Shown here: positions 9,406 to 20,518 of the stretch, piece by piece
Numbering within the stretch: the first letter of the stretch is position 1
Layout: every line of letters begins with the position of its first letter
Assembly: GCA_963760795.1 (NCBI GenBank)
Contig: CAVXEP010000019.1
Location: forward strand, 1 to 64,000
Source: an uncultured delta proteobacterium
GTDB taxonomy: Bacteria; Desulfobacterota; Binatia; UBA9968
Reading direction: 5' to 3'
Length of the DNA stretch: 64,000 nt
Notes under the pieces: generated by a model
The model's input: only the letters and a program-made list of their open reading frames with translations
Told to the model about the DNA's origin: nothing
Database searches by the model: none
Translations under genes and position numbers: made by a program

Positions 9406-10521
9406 TCAGCTCGCCGCCAATAATCTCTCGTGACCCTTCTTCGAGATCGGCGCCAATTGATCGGTGATCAGCGCCCAACTCTCGCCGTTGTCTTCGCTGC
9501 AATAAACCTCGCCGCCAGTCGTCCCGCCGAAGATCGCGCAGTCGCCGTTGGCTTCTTCCAGACAGAGCGCGCCGAACTCATGCTTCAAGCTTGCCGGCAG
9601 TCCGCCGGCCAGGCGCTGCCAGTTCTTGCCGCCGTCCTTGCTGCGATAAATTTTTCCTTCAGCGCGGGCATCCGCGCCGGCTTTACGCCAGGTTGTCGGA
9701 TTATGCTCAGCGGCGGCGACAAACATGGTGTCGGGATTTTTCGGATTCCACACGAAACCGTCGGGATAGACATCTTTCGCCCAATCGTCCGCCGTCCAGC
9801 GTTCCCAGCTGCCGCCGCCGGTGTGGGTGACGTAAAGTCCGGCGCCGCCGGTGACGTAGATTCTTTCGGGATCGCGCGGATCGATCAAACAACGGTGCAC
9901 GTCGTAGAAGTGTTCCACCGGGCGGTTCTTGTCTTTGTACAGGCCCACGGTGTTGAGCTCGCGCCAGCTCTTGCCGAGGTCGGTGCTTTTGAGAAACGCG
10001 CCTTGCTCGACGCAGGCGTAGAGTGTGTGCGCATCGCGGGGATCGAAGGTAATGAATTTCGTATGGGCGATATGCGGCGGCGCCGGGAAGGACCATTGGG
10101 CAGTGGTCGGCACTTCGCGCAGCGAGGGAATATCGCTCCAATGCATGCCCAAGTCTTCGCTGACGAACAAATGCGCCGGTTGCGTGCCGGCGTAGACGCG
10201 GACTTTGCCGTCGACGACGTGGGCGGCCAGGCTGTAGACGTCGTGAATCGTCATGCCGTTATCGCGGCGCTCCCAGGTTTTGCCGCCGTCGGCGCTGGCG
10301 TGAATCGAGCCGAAGAACGCGCCGGCGAACATGGTGCCGGTGGTCTGCTCGAAGATGATCGCGCTGATATGCTGACCGCGCAGGGCGCGCTGGACTTCGC
10401 GCCAGCCATCGTTGCCGCGCTCGAATAGCGCAAGCCCATCCTGGGTGGCGACCCAAAGCTGCTTGGAGCGCTCGCCCGCCGAATAAACATTGGTCCCGCC
10501 GTGAGAGAGTCCGATTGCCAT
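9406..10521 (-). CDS. Asp-box (BNR) beta-propeller protein, no signal peptide
   Basis: Repeated SxDGGxxW motifs (SADGGKTW, SEDLGMHW, STDLGKSW, SKDGGKNW, SEDNGESW). Confidence 0.85.
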   Translation of the reverse strand: MAIGLSHGGTNVYSAGERSKQLWVATQDGLALFERGNDGWREVQRALRGQHISAIIFEQTTGTMFAGAFFGSIHASADGGKTWERRDNGMTIHDVYSLAAHVVDGKVRVYAGTQPAHLFVSEDLGMHWSDIPSLREVPTTAQWSFPAPPHIAHTKFITFDPRDAHTLYACVEQGAFLKSTDLGKSWRELNTVGLYKDKNRPVEHFYDVHRCLIDPRDPERIYVTGGAGLYVTHTGGGSWERWTADDWAKDVYPDGFVWNPKNPDTMFVAAAEHNPTTWRKAGADARAEGKIYRSKDGGKNWQRLAGGLPASLKHEFGALCLEEANGDCAIFGGTTGGEVYCSEDNGESWALITDQLAPISKKGHERLLAAS

Positions 10522-10687
10522 AGGTCACCTCCGCTATGCTTGACTTTGATTTGCCAACCTTGCGATAGGCGCACTCTAGCAACCGAGGTTCTTCGCCGTC
10601 AATGGTTCGCCGTGAGATTAAGTTTAGCGCCATTGACGGCGCGGCGCCGCTTCGGTTAGTTTCCGGCCATGGGCTTTGAGGGTTCCG

Positions 10688-11696
10688 ATGAAAATCGCTA
10701 GACCGTATTGGCTGCTGCTGGCGCTGGTTGGGCTGAGTTTGCATGCCATTGAGAGCCAAGCGCAGCTTAGCAAAACCACGACTTCCTACGTGTCCGATTC
10801 GGCCGGTGTCTTGCCGCTCTGGCTCGCCAAGGAGGCCGGTATCTTCGCGCGCAACGGCTTGGACGTGCAGGCGGTGCGAGTGCACGCCGCCGTCGGAGTC
10901 ATGGCGCTGATGTCCGGCGAGCTGCAATTCGTGCTGATATCAGGACCGGTCGCGGTCGAAAGCGCCCTGCGCGGCTCCAATATGGTCTACGTCGCCGGCG
11001 GCATGTCGACGCTGGACTTTGTCCTGGTTACCCGGCCGGAAATCAAAACCGCCGAACAACTCAAAGGCGGCACCGTCGGCTTGTCGGCGATCCGCGGCGC
11101 CAATCCGACCGCCACCCGATTCGCGCTGCAAAAGCTTGGCCTGGCGCCAAAGGAGGTATCGCTCCAGGTGATCGGCGGCACCAGCGAGCGAATCGCCAGC
11201 CTGCGGCTTGGGAAAAATCCACGGGACTTTGTTTAGTCCGCCGCAAAGCATCACGGCGCAGCGCGAGGGCTTCAATGCTCTGGCGGATGTCGCCGAACTC
11301 GGCTTGCCGTTCGTGCATATCGGCGTGGCGACCACCCGCGCCGTCATCCGGGACAGACCGGAGCTCGTGCGCCGCTACGTCAAATCCCATGTCGAGGCGA
11401 TCGCGCTGATGAAGACCGATCGCGACTTGGCGATCAAGGTGCTGGCGAAATATCTTGGGCAAATAAAAGAGCGCGATGTCCTGGCGCAATCCTATGACAC
11501 CGCCGCGCCGGATAACCGGATCTCGCGCAAACAATATCCGTCCGTCGCCGGTCTGCAAATGGCCCTCGATTTATTGGCCGACGATAATCCCAAAGCGAAG
11601 GTTGCTAAACCGGACGACTTCATCGACAACCGTTTTATCAAAGAGCTCGACGACAGCGGCTATATCGACAGTCTGTATAAGCCCAAGCCGCGCTGA
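10688..11696 (+). CDS. NMT1/SsuA-type ABC substrate-binding protein, frameshifted near 11215
   Basis: ORFs 10676-11236 and 11208-11696 join at a GGGAAAAA run; C-terminal FIKELDDSGYIDSLYK. Confidence 0.85.
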
Positions 11697-11786
11697 GAGA
11701 ACTAAAAATATCGCGATGACGTGCTGCGGCATTTAACTTGACTCAAACGGTTGGTCTATCTAGGCTCCGCGGCGGGAGGGGAACAA

Positions 11787-12743
11787 ATGCTTAAGCGCCG
11801 ATCTTGGCTTTGCCTAACACTGCTATTGCTCGTTGGCAGCATCCGGCCTGCTGCCGTCGATGGCCGAATGGTCGTCGGCGTGTCGACGGTGAACGTCGCC
11901 TTCTTGCCAATCTATCTGACCCAAGACAAAGGCTTCTTCAAAGACGAGGGCTTGGACGTTCTCGTCGTCATGTTCAACGCCGGCGCGACTAATCTTCAGG
12001 CGATGATCGGCGGCGACGTGCAGGTCATGGCCGGCGGCTTGCCGGAGACGGTGCTTGCCAGGGCCGGCGGTTTGGATATCAAAAATTTTTGGGCGATCTC
12101 CAATCTTATGCCGTTTCAGATCTACGGCAGCCCGAGCATGAAATCGCTGAAGGACGGCAAGGGGAAAAAGTTTGCCATCAGCCGCTTCGGCTCGTTGTCG
12201 GAATTTCTCACCCGCTCGGCGCTGCGCCGGGCCGGAGTCGATCCCAAAGACGTTACCATGTTGCAGATCGGCGCCACGCCGGCGCGCTTTACCACGCTGG
12301 CGAGCGGCATCGTCGATGCGACGATTCTATGGTTTCCCGTCACCGAGCGCGCCAAAGCGGCTGGCTTGAATAAGCTCTTCGATCTGAAAGATCTCTATCC
12401 CAACTGGACCAACGTCGGCTTTGTCGCCCGCGAAAGCTGGCTCGCCAAAGAAAAAGAGCAAGCGACGAAATTTTTGCGCGCTTACCAGCGTGGCGTGAAG
12501 CACACCCGCGAGAATCGCGACGATGGCATTCGCGCCTTGAGAAAATATGTTGGGCTAGACGCCGCCGAAGCCGCCGCCGGATACGACGAGTACCGCGATT
12601 CCTTTCCAATGGACGGGCGCATCCTCGACGCCGGCATTACCGCCACGGTCGAGCAGGAGATCGAGACCGGCAGGCTGAAGGGAAAAATCTCGCTGAGCGA
12701 GATGATCGACGGCAGCTTCATCAATTTGTTCGGGAAAAAGTAG
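11787..12743 (+). CDS. NMT1/SsuA-type ABC substrate-binding protein
   Basis: Signal peptide, KGFFKDEGLDV, GKKFAISRFGS. Confidence 0.9.
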   Translation: MLKRRSWLCLTLLLLVGSIRPAAVDGRMVVGVSTVNVAFLPIYLTQDKGFFKDEGLDVLVVMFNAGATNLQAMIGGDVQVMAGGLPETVLARAGGLDIKNFWAISNLMPFQIYGSPSMKSLKDGKGKKFAISRFGSLSEFLTRSALRRAGVDPKDVTMLQIGATPARFTTLASGIVDATILWFPVTERAKAAGLNKLFDLKDLYPNWTNVGFVARESWLAKEKEQATKFLRAYQRGVKHTRENRDDGIRALRKYVGLDAAEAAAGYDEYRDSFPMDGRILDAGITATVEQEIETGRLKGKISLSEMIDGSFINLFGKK

Positions 12744-12776
12744 CGTATCGCTGGTTGATTCAGGGGAAAGCAGAAC

Positions 12777-13739
12777 ATGTTCATCGTCTCGATTAGAATT
12801 TTCGCCGCCGTGTTGACGTTTTGGCTCTGTGCCGGCGGGAGCGCTCAGGCTAAGCCGATCACGCTGGCGTACAATACCAATTCTCTCAACGTGATGTTGC
12901 CGCTCCTAGTTGCTCAGGAGTTAGGATTTTTTACCGCTGAAGGTTTTGAAGTCACCCCGGTTTACGTGCGTAGCGGACCGACGGCGATGGCGGCGATGGT
13001 GAGCGGGTCGGCGGATTATTCCATCGTCGGCTCGACCACGGTGGTGCAAGCGATCGCCAAAGGCATTCCAGCCGTAGTGATCGGTAATTATGTCCGCCAC
13101 GTTAACTGGATGCTCATGGGCGGCACCGGTGTGACTAATCTCAATGCGATCAAGGGCCAGGTGGTCGGCGTAACTTCGGCCGGCGGCATGACGGAGTTCT
13201 TGACGGTTGAGGCGCTGGCACGCCGCGGCCTCAAGCGCGATCGCGATTATCGGATTCACTACGCGGGCAATAGCCCGGCGCGGGTGTTGGCGTTAGAGAC
13301 GAAAATTATCCAAGCCGCAGCTTTTTCGCCGGGAGAACGGGTGGCGCTCGAACCGAAGGGTTACACATTGCTCATGGATATGGTCCAGGTCATTCCGGAA
13401 TTTCCCTTGAGCATTCTCGCCAGCAGCCGGCGCAAGTTGGACAGCAGTCCGGTTGAAGTGGAAGCGTTCCTGCGCGGGTTGCATCGGGCGATGGAGGTGA
13501 TTCGCACGGACAAGGATCGCGCCGCCGCTGCGGCCTTCAAAAAGACCGCGCGCGGCGATCTCGCCAGGGAGCGCAAAGCGTTGGACTATCTGGTCAACGA
13601 TTATTCCATCGTCATCAGCAAAGAAAATATCCAAGCGCTGATCTACGCCGCCGGTGTCGAGGCCGAAGCGCGCAAAATTGGCGGCGCCGAGAAGTTTTTC
13701 GCGGCGGAGCCCCAAGCCAAAGCGGTCGGGCGGCGCTGA
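12777..13739 (+). CDS. NMT1/SsuA-type ABC substrate-binding protein
   Basis: Signal peptide, LGFFTAEGFEV, AMVSGSAD. Confidence 0.88.
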   Translation: MFIVSIRIFAAVLTFWLCAGGSAQAKPITLAYNTNSLNVMLPLLVAQELGFFTAEGFEVTPVYVRSGPTAMAAMVSGSADYSIVGSTTVVQAIAKGIPAVVIGNYVRHVNWMLMGGTGVTNLNAIKGQVVGVTSAGGMTEFLTVEALARRGLKRDRDYRIHYAGNSPARVLALETKIIQAAAFSPGERVALEPKGYTLLMDMVQVIPEFPLSILASSRRKLDSSPVEVEAFLRGLHRAMEVIRTDKDRAAAAAFKKTARGDLARERKALDYLVNDYSIVISKENIQALIYAAGVEAEARKIGGAEKFFAAEPQAKAVGRR

Positions 13740-14041
13740 GCGCTGTGATGCCTTTGGCAGAACTCCCACCACGAAGATCCCAGTGCGGCAACACCGCAAC
13801 CAAGATCCCGAAGATCCCGCACAAAGCACGCACAGGGCGCAAACGTGACGGGCCGATGCCCGTCATTCCGAGCGAACGCGAGGGATCTAAGAAAGATTTC
13901 TCCCAGCCTGATTGCCGATCCGACCGCCTGACACTGTCAATCGCCCTTGATGGAAATAATTGGCCAATTCGGTTGGCCGGCAGCAGAGCGTTGGACTGTC
14001 GCGAGAATTTACGATATTGCACTGCGGGAGCGTTTAACACC

Positions 14042-15071
14042 ATGGGTTATTTTCGCAACTCGTTTATAGTCACGTTCGTCGGCCTCGGTCTCGGTGCCTA
14101 TCTCGGCTGGCAGGCCGAGCATACTCATAGTCGGTGCTTTATCGACGTTGTTCATTGTCAGCGTGCTGGCGATTTTAGAAATCTCGCTGTCCTTCGACAA
14201 CGCGGTCGTCAATGCCACGGTACTCAAGGAAATGAGCCCGCTGTGGCGCCGTCGCTTCCTTACCTGGGGTATCGCCATCGCGGTTTTCGGCATGCGGATC
14301 GTTTTCCCGCTGGTTATCGTCGCGATCATCGCGCGTATCGACCCCTGGTCGGCGCTGGTCATGGCGGCCACCGACGCGGATGAATATTCCCGTGTGTTGA
14401 CCAGCGCGCATGTCTCGGTGGCGGCCTTTGGCGGGGCGTTTCTCACCATGGTCGGGCTCAAGCATTTTTTCAACCAGGAGAAAGATATCCATTGGATCGC
14501 CTTAATCGAACGTCCGCTGACCCGTCTTGGCCGTATCGAGGCGGTGGAACTAGGGTTGGTGTTATTGTTGCTATATACGGTGTCGCGCTGGCTGACCGGC
14601 GGCGAGCAGATTGAGTTTTTGATTTCTGGGATCTTTGGTCTGGTGACTTATATCGCCGTCGATGGAATTTCAGCAGTCCTCGACATGACGTCGGCCGCCA
14701 CCGGCCAAGTCGCGCGCTCGGGTGCTGCGTCGTTCCTCTATCTCGAAGTGCTCGATGCCAGTTTTAGTTTTGACGGCGTGATCGGCGCCTTTGCGCTTTC
14801 CAACAACCTGTTCATCATCGCCATCGGTCTCGGTATCGGCGCCATGTTCGTTCGAAGTCTGACCATCATGTTGGTCGAACAAGAAACCCTCGCCTCGTAC
14901 CGCTACCTCGAACATGGCGCGTTCTACGCGATCATCGCCCTGGGCGTGATCATGTTCCTCAATGCCGTAACCCACATCCCCGAAGTGGTCACCGGCCTGA
15001 TCGGCTGTGGCTTGATCGTCTGGGCGTTTTGCGATTCGATCCGTTATAATCGCCGGCAGCGTGATGCGTGA
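14042..15071 (+). CDS. DUF475 (TerC-related) membrane protein, frameshifted near 14110
   Basis: LEISLSFDNAVVNA, LEVLDASFSFDGVIGAFA, YLEHGAFYAI; N-terminus MGYFRNSF in another frame. Confidence 0.88.
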
Positions 15072-15161
15072 CTTTAATCTATTCACTACAGTTGCCCGCC
15101 GCTGAGTTAGCGCGAACATTGGACAGGAAACCAGTGCTATTTTAATCACGAAGGTGTGGCC

Positions 15162-15954
15162 ATGATCGATCTTTCGCGTTTTTCATTAACCGGCCGGACG
15201 GCGATGATTACGGGTGGCAGCGGCGGCATTGGCCGGGCCTGCGCGGTGGCATTCGCCAAGGCGGGGGCGAACATCGTCATCGCGTCGTTGCCGCAGGAGT
15301 CGATTCCGCCGGTGATCCAGGAAGTCGAAGCGCTTGGGGTAAAGGGGCTTGGTTTGGCGATAGATGTCTCCGATGAGGCCCAGGTGAAGTCACTGGTCGA
15401 GCAAACTTTAGCGCAGCTTGGCCGCATCGATGTTCTCGTCAATGTCGCCGGCGGTTCTTACAGCCGCAATCCCGATATGCCGGCGTTCAATCGCGCGCCA
15501 TTGTTGGAATTGGCGCCGGAAGATTTTATGACCGCCTACGCGGTTAATACCAAGACCGCCTTTTTATGCGCCAAGGCGGTGGCACCGGCGATGAAAGCTG
15601 GCGGCAAGGGCAGCATTATCAATATCGGTTCGATTTCCGGCCGCGGCACCAAGAAAGAACGAGCCGACATGGCGGCCTACGGCACGGCCAAGGCGGCGGT
15701 GATGAATTTGTCCATTCACATGGCGCAGCATTGGGGGCCGGAGATCCGCGTCAATGCCATTGCTCCGGGCATCATCGACACGCCAAGACCGGCAGGAAGC
15801 ACGCGCCAGGACGATTGGACGCCAGGCGCTCAAAAAAATCGCCCTCGGCCGCGCCGGCACTGCCGACGAAGTCGCCAGCGTGGCGCTGTTTTTAGCCTCG
15901 GACGCGGCGAGCTTCGTCAGTGGTGCGATTATCGATGTCAACGGTGGGGAGTGA
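15162..15954 (+). CDS. short-chain dehydrogenase/reductase, frameshifted near 15830
   Basis: TGGSGGIG, YGTAK, IRVNAIAPG; C-terminus LGRAGTADEVA...VNGG in second frame. Confidence 0.9.
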
Positions 15955-15980
15955 TCGGTTTTTGCTTTCGTCGGGTTTTT

Positions 15981-16057
15981 GTCATTTCGACCGCAGGGAG
16001 AAATCTATTTCTGCGATAACTGCCCGGAGAAGATTCCTCACGTCCGTTCGGAATGAC
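15981..16057. repeat. GTCAT-type REP-like palindromic doublet between convergent genes
   Basis: gtcatttcgaccgcagggagaaatct ... agattcctcacgtccgttcggaatgac. Confidence 0.75.
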
Positions 16058-16099
16058 AGAAGGGACAGATCTCAGTTCGTCTAAGGCACCGGCGTCGAG

Positions 16100-17206
16100 C
16101 TAGTCCAGCCAATCCTTGTCCTTCAATTTTCTCGGCAAGTAGGTCTTCGTCAAGTACTGAAAATCTTTATTCGCCAGGGCATCGAGCTCGAATTTGAGGC
16201 CGCTGGTCAGCATGCCTTTGATTTCTTCCTGCCATTCTTTTTTCTGAAACCATTTGTATTTCATCAGTTCTTTGGCGCGGTTGATGTCTTTGTCGTTCAA
16301 CTTGATGCCGACGTTGCGTGGCAGGCCGTAGCGCTCCGGGTCGGCGCTGGAGAAGCCGATGAACTTCGCCTTGGGTATCGCCATGCGTTCGCTTTCGAAG
16401 GCCAGGTTGATCGAGCCCTGCTTGATGACCGAGTAGATATAATAGCCCCAGGGATCATTGTCGACGAGAACATAGACCGGCAGCTTGTAGTCTTCGTGCA
16501 GCCGGCGCGCCAGCCGGCGCACGCCGCGCGGCGGTTGGCCGTTGCCGGTGAGCAGGATGCAATTGTACCGGCGCCAAAATTTATCTTCCGACAGCCGGTT
16601 CCATTGGGTGCCTTTTTCGACCAGCAGGACGAAGTCCGCCGTGCACTTGCTGATCTGAATATATTCCGGTTCGACGATGGACGGCACCGAGTAGCCGCCT
16701 TTACCCAACTTGGTGCAATCGACCCGGTCGCCGTCATCGACGATGGTCAACGGCCCGACGACGGTGCCGGAATTCTCGGCGCGGACATGCAGTTCTTCGC
16801 GCAGCGCTTCGAGGGTGACTTCGAGATCTTCGATCAACGGGTCGGATTCGTTCTGGCCGTCGAAGGTGTTTTCGTTGGAGTCCTTGATCGTGTGCTTGGT
16901 GCGGTAATAAATTTCCCGCAGTGAAGTGGTCAGGTTGGCACGCTGTAACTCGGCCAGAGCATCGGCGACGAGCACCGTCTGCATGAATTTTTTGGCCATG
17001 CCGACATTGAAAAACGTGCGCGCCTGCTTGCGCCGGCCCATCTCGATGATGCCGCGCTTCGCGTTGAAGTTGACGTTGGCCAGGCTGCGCACCGGAATCG
17101 CCAGCGATGGGTCCTGGCTGCGCTGCGCCGCGCTGATCACGACATCGGCGACGCCGATCAGTTTTTTTTCGACTACGCCGTTATTTTTTAGTTTTTTTGC
17201 CGCCAT
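16100..17206 (-). CDS. top6A: DNA topoisomerase VI subunit A (Spo11-like)
   Basis: SLREIYY catalytic Tyr region, LLVEK, GNGQP, VDNDPWG Toprim DxD, FELDAL. Confidence 0.93.
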   Translation of the reverse strand: MAAKKLKNNGVVEKKLIGVADVVISAAQRSQDPSLAIPVRSLANVNFNAKRGIIEMGRRKQARTFFNVGMAKKFMQTVLVADALAELQRANLTTSLREIYYRTKHTIKDSNENTFDGQNESDPLIEDLEVTLEALREELHVRAENSGTVVGPLTIVDDGDRVDCTKLGKGGYSVPSIVEPEYIQISKCTADFVLLVEKGTQWNRLSEDKFWRRYNCILLTGNGQPPRGVRRLARRLHEDYKLPVYVLVDNDPWGYYIYSVIKQGSINLAFESERMAIPKAKFIGFSSADPERYGLPRNVGIKLNDKDINRAKELMKYKWFQKKEWQEEIKGMLTSGLKFELDALANKDFQYLTKTYLPRKLKDKDWLD

Positions 17207-19229
17207 TTTTCTTTCCTGTCTTTTTGCCGGGTTTTTCCAGAGGCAGAGTCAGTTGCTTGGTGTCTTTGGATTTCGCGCCGCGTTGTTGCCGCGGTTTGGT
17301 GGCGCGCGGCTGGGTCGTTTTGGCAGATGGCGATTTGCCCTTCGCCATGGAGGGCAGCGCCGGTTCTGCATCGTCGGCAGTGCTGTTCTGGGTTAACTCA
17401 GCGTCAATCGGCGCCGCGCTTGGCAGATTCGGGTGCGTCGCCCTCGGCGCCTTCCTCGGTGACGATAATCGAATGCGGCAAGCCTTCCGGCCCGCCGCCA
17501 TCATGGCCGAGGATCTCGTCGATCTTTTGTCCGCCGGTGCGCTTGGTGGCGATCTTCTGCAACTGTTCTTTGAGTTTTTCTTTGGCGAGCTTGCCGCCTT
17601 TCAGCCGGGCGCAGGCGTCGACCACTTCCTCGATGTAGAGCTCGAAGACGTTGCGCCGGCGGAATTCATCCTTGGCCCGTTCCCGGCGTCGCAAAAAAAC
17701 TCCCAGCCGCCGGCCGCACTCTTGCAAGGCGAGTTTGATTTCTTTTCTGATCTCGTCGTAGTCGGCGATGGCTTCTTTGGACTCGCTGGTGAAGGGCACC
17801 CAGACCGACGCCATGTGCACGAAGATCACCATCGGTCCGGCGGGCAGCGCGCCGCGCGACTGCGCCACGCCGTAGTTACGCCAACTGGTGTCGAGGACCG
17901 ATTTGAACGTCGCGCAGGCGGACTGCTGGTAGAGCAGCGGCACGCGGTTGGCGTAGCGGATCACCGAGGCTAACTCGTTGTCGTCGTCTCGGTCTTCGCC
18001 TTCGGCGAGCGGGATGTTTTGCTCTTTCACTTTTGCTGCTTGTTCCGGCGCTTTGCCGTAGGCCAGTCCGGCTTCAATCACAAACGGATTGCCGCGATAG
18101 ACCGCCGGCGGCCGGGTCACGGCGGTGTAAAATTCGCCTTTGATCTGTTTGTACAATCCATGGAGTATCGCCCGCTCGCCGATGGGTGAGATACAGTTGC
18201 TCGGCGGCGCCATGATCTTGGTCGACTGGATCGCCTTGTAAAACGTTTCGGCGGCGGCGCCGTGCAGGTCGCGCGGCTTAGCGTTTGGCGAAAGCTTGGC
18301 GGTCTTGCAAATGTCCTGCGCCAGACTCGACGACACCCGGCTAAACTCGCTGGCGAGAAATCCCACTAGAGTATTGGCTCTTGGTGTCATGGAGCATCTT
18401 CAGCATCATGCCGAATTCAATTCCATAGGGATGCGGCTTGATCTCGCGCGGCTGCGGCGGCAGCTCGTCAATGGTCCGCGGATATTGTTTAATCTCGCCT
18501 TCCGGCGTGTGGTAGACGAGTTTGACATGGGGATTGGCGATGGCCGTTTGTTCCAGGTATTCGTCCACCGAGGCGCGGCCCTTTTGATAGCGCCCTTCGA
18601 TTTCCAGACTGACCTGGGTGCCGCGGTGGTTTTCCCAGTCGATCTTTTTGTTCTCGAAAATTCGCGGCTCGTTTTTCTTGGTATCGATCTGCACTTCGAA
18701 ATAGTGCGCCGGCGCCTTGGCGCTGGTGCGCGAAATGATCTGCACCGGCTTGCCGGTGGTGAGCTGGGCGTACATGCCGGCGGCGGAGATGCCGATGCCT
18801 TGCTGGCCGCGGCTCATGCGCAGGCGATGAAACTTCGAGCCGTAGAGCAGCTTGGCAAAGATCGGCGGGATCTGCTGGCGCACGATGCCCGGACCATAGT
18901 CGATGACGGTGACGCGGAAGCGCGTCGCCTGGCTCGGCGCCGGCGTGACGCCATTGTTGGGCTACCACTTCGAGTTTGACGATGACTTCCGGCAAAATGC
19001 CCGCCTCTTCGCAGGCATCCAGCGCGTTGTCGACCGCTTCTTTGATACAGGTGAGCAGCGACTTGCGCGGACTGTCGAAACCCAACAGGTGGCGATTCTT
19101 GGTAAAGAACTCCGATACGGAAATGTCTCTCTGGCGCGCGCCCATCTCGGCGGCGGTGACGACTTTTCTCGGTTCGGCCGGCGCCACCGGTGTGGCTGCC
19201 GCTTCGGCCTTTGGCATGGGTTTAGACAT
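17181..19229 (-). CDS. top6B: DNA topoisomerase VI subunit B, split by frameshifts near 18960, 18380 and probably 17430
   Basis: ISVSEFFTKNRHLLGFD, KEAVDNALDACEE, SRGQQGIGIS GHKL motifs, RYANRVPLLY, VPFTSESKEAIA; end 17404 as read, or 17181 if a third frameshift restores a Lys-rich tail. Confidence 0.9.
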
Positions 19230-19384
19230 CGTTAGTTCGCTTCTCCATGGATGATTTCGGCGCTGGAGCTCAGTGATTTATCGGCAGCGTTGGGCGCCGC
19301 CCTAAACTCGTGTGACGCGATAATTGAATTGAATGCAAGAGTGAATCAAACGCTCACGCTACGGAAGGTTGATGTTCGCCAGCG

Positions 19385-19393
19385 ATTATAGCA
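19385..19393 (-). promoter_or_regulatory. extended -10 promoter element upstream of top6B
   Basis: Minus strand reads TGCTATAAT about 155 nt upstream of the start codon. Confidence 0.5.
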
Positions 19394-19526
19394 GAGCGGC
19401 AAAACTTGTGAATGGCTCGACGGAATATTTTTCCACAAATCAGGGCGAGATCCCGGTTAGGATTGATATCAGCTAATGGATGCCGACATCCGTGCTCAGG
19501 ACATGTTTCAGGAAAAGAGCCGATCC

Positions 19527-19603
19527 GTCATTCCGGCGCAGGCCGGAATCCATCTTCGTGTTCAGCGGAACAAACCTGGATTCCCGTTTTCACGGGAATG
19601 ACG
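19527..19603. repeat. GTCATTCCGGCGCAGGCCGGAATCCA REP-like doublet
   Basis: Left arm identical to that at 62204; right arm tggattcccgttttcacgggaatgac. Confidence 0.85.
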
Positions 19604-19667
19604 AATAAGAATCAATGGACTTCGAGTCGACGCAATCGGAATCCTTCGGCTTCGAGCCAAGGGATAT

Positions 19668-20477
19668 TCAGTTAAAGAACGCGAACGCGCGCACTTCGAT
19701 GCTTTGCCGCGCCGGCGCGCCGGCCGGGCTGTTGGGGTCGACGAAGGATGTGTGCGGCGTGAAGCGGGCGCGGCCGTCGGTGTTGGAATCGTAGACTTTG
19801 AACACGAGCGCCTCGTCGCGGCGCATTTCGGGAAAATAATACCAACGATGATTGGCGTTGTACTTCAATCGATAAGTCTGCCCGACGCGGTGCGGGTAGC
19901 GGCGCTCGGCGACGACCAGATCTGCCATCGCGACGCTCTTGGCGTCGGCCAGCGCGAGGGGATTGGACTGAATCGGTTGATTGATCGCGCGCCAAACTTG
20001 GATGATGGCGAAGCGGCGGGTCAGTAAGTCCTCGGCTTCGTCCGGCAGGAACTCACGCACACGATTGGGTCCCGACCATTCCGTATAGTCATTATGCGCC
20101 GACATGACCGGTTCGCGGATCAGTTTCGCCTCGCGCTCGGCTTCGTCGCCGGAGCGCAGCGTGTGATCGAAGATCGCCACCCGAGATGCGCCTGATTCCC
20201 GTTTGATCAACTGCTCGACTTCCGGGTAGTAGACCGACTCCAGTTGCGCCGTGTCGAAGAAGTCGCCGACCTTGGTTTTGTGCTCGACCAGGACAAAGCC
20301 GTTTTGCTCCAGTGAAATCTCGCCGGCACGCAAACGGCCATTGCGCACCGACATCGGCATCAAGTCGTGGGTGCCGGTCTTGCGCCGCCGTATGTTATTC
20401 GGACCGAAGGTTTCGTTGACGAGTTTTTCACCCGTGTCCACGGTATAGGGGATGCCGGCGGTCAGTTCTTGGATCAT
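19668..20477 (-). CDS. CmcJ/NvfI-family oxidoreductase-like protein
   Basis: FDHTLR, AHNDYT, IIQVWR, PLALAD, WYYFPEM, TPHTSF, RQSIEVR. Confidence 0.85.
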   Translation of the reverse strand: MIQELTAGIPYTVDTGEKLVNETFGPNNIRRRKTGTHDLMPMSVRNGRLRAGEISLEQNGFVLVEHKTKVGDFFDTAQLESVYYPEVEQLIKRESGASRVAIFDHTLRSGDEAEREAKLIREPVMSAHNDYTEWSGPNRVREFLPDEAEDLLTRRFAIIQVWRAINQPIQSNPLALADAKSVAMADLVVAERRYPHRVGQTYRLKYNANHRWYYFPEMRRDEALVFKVYDSNTDGRARFTPHTSFVDPNSPAGAPARQSIEVRAFAFFN

Positions 20478-20518
20478 GACTGAAGCTCCTTCCTGGCTTA
20501 ACTCACCATAGCACAAAC

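Noticed and set aside
9430-10428. Long antisense ORFs (e.g. 9430-10428, 17197-17973, 52372-53139, 62443-63315)
   Set aside because: Shadow frames of well-supported genes in GC-rich DNA, with no motifs of their own
13740-14041. yybP-ykoY Mn riboswitch upstream of the TerC-related DUF475 gene
   Set aside because: No recognisable conserved core; the region consists of local repeat fragments
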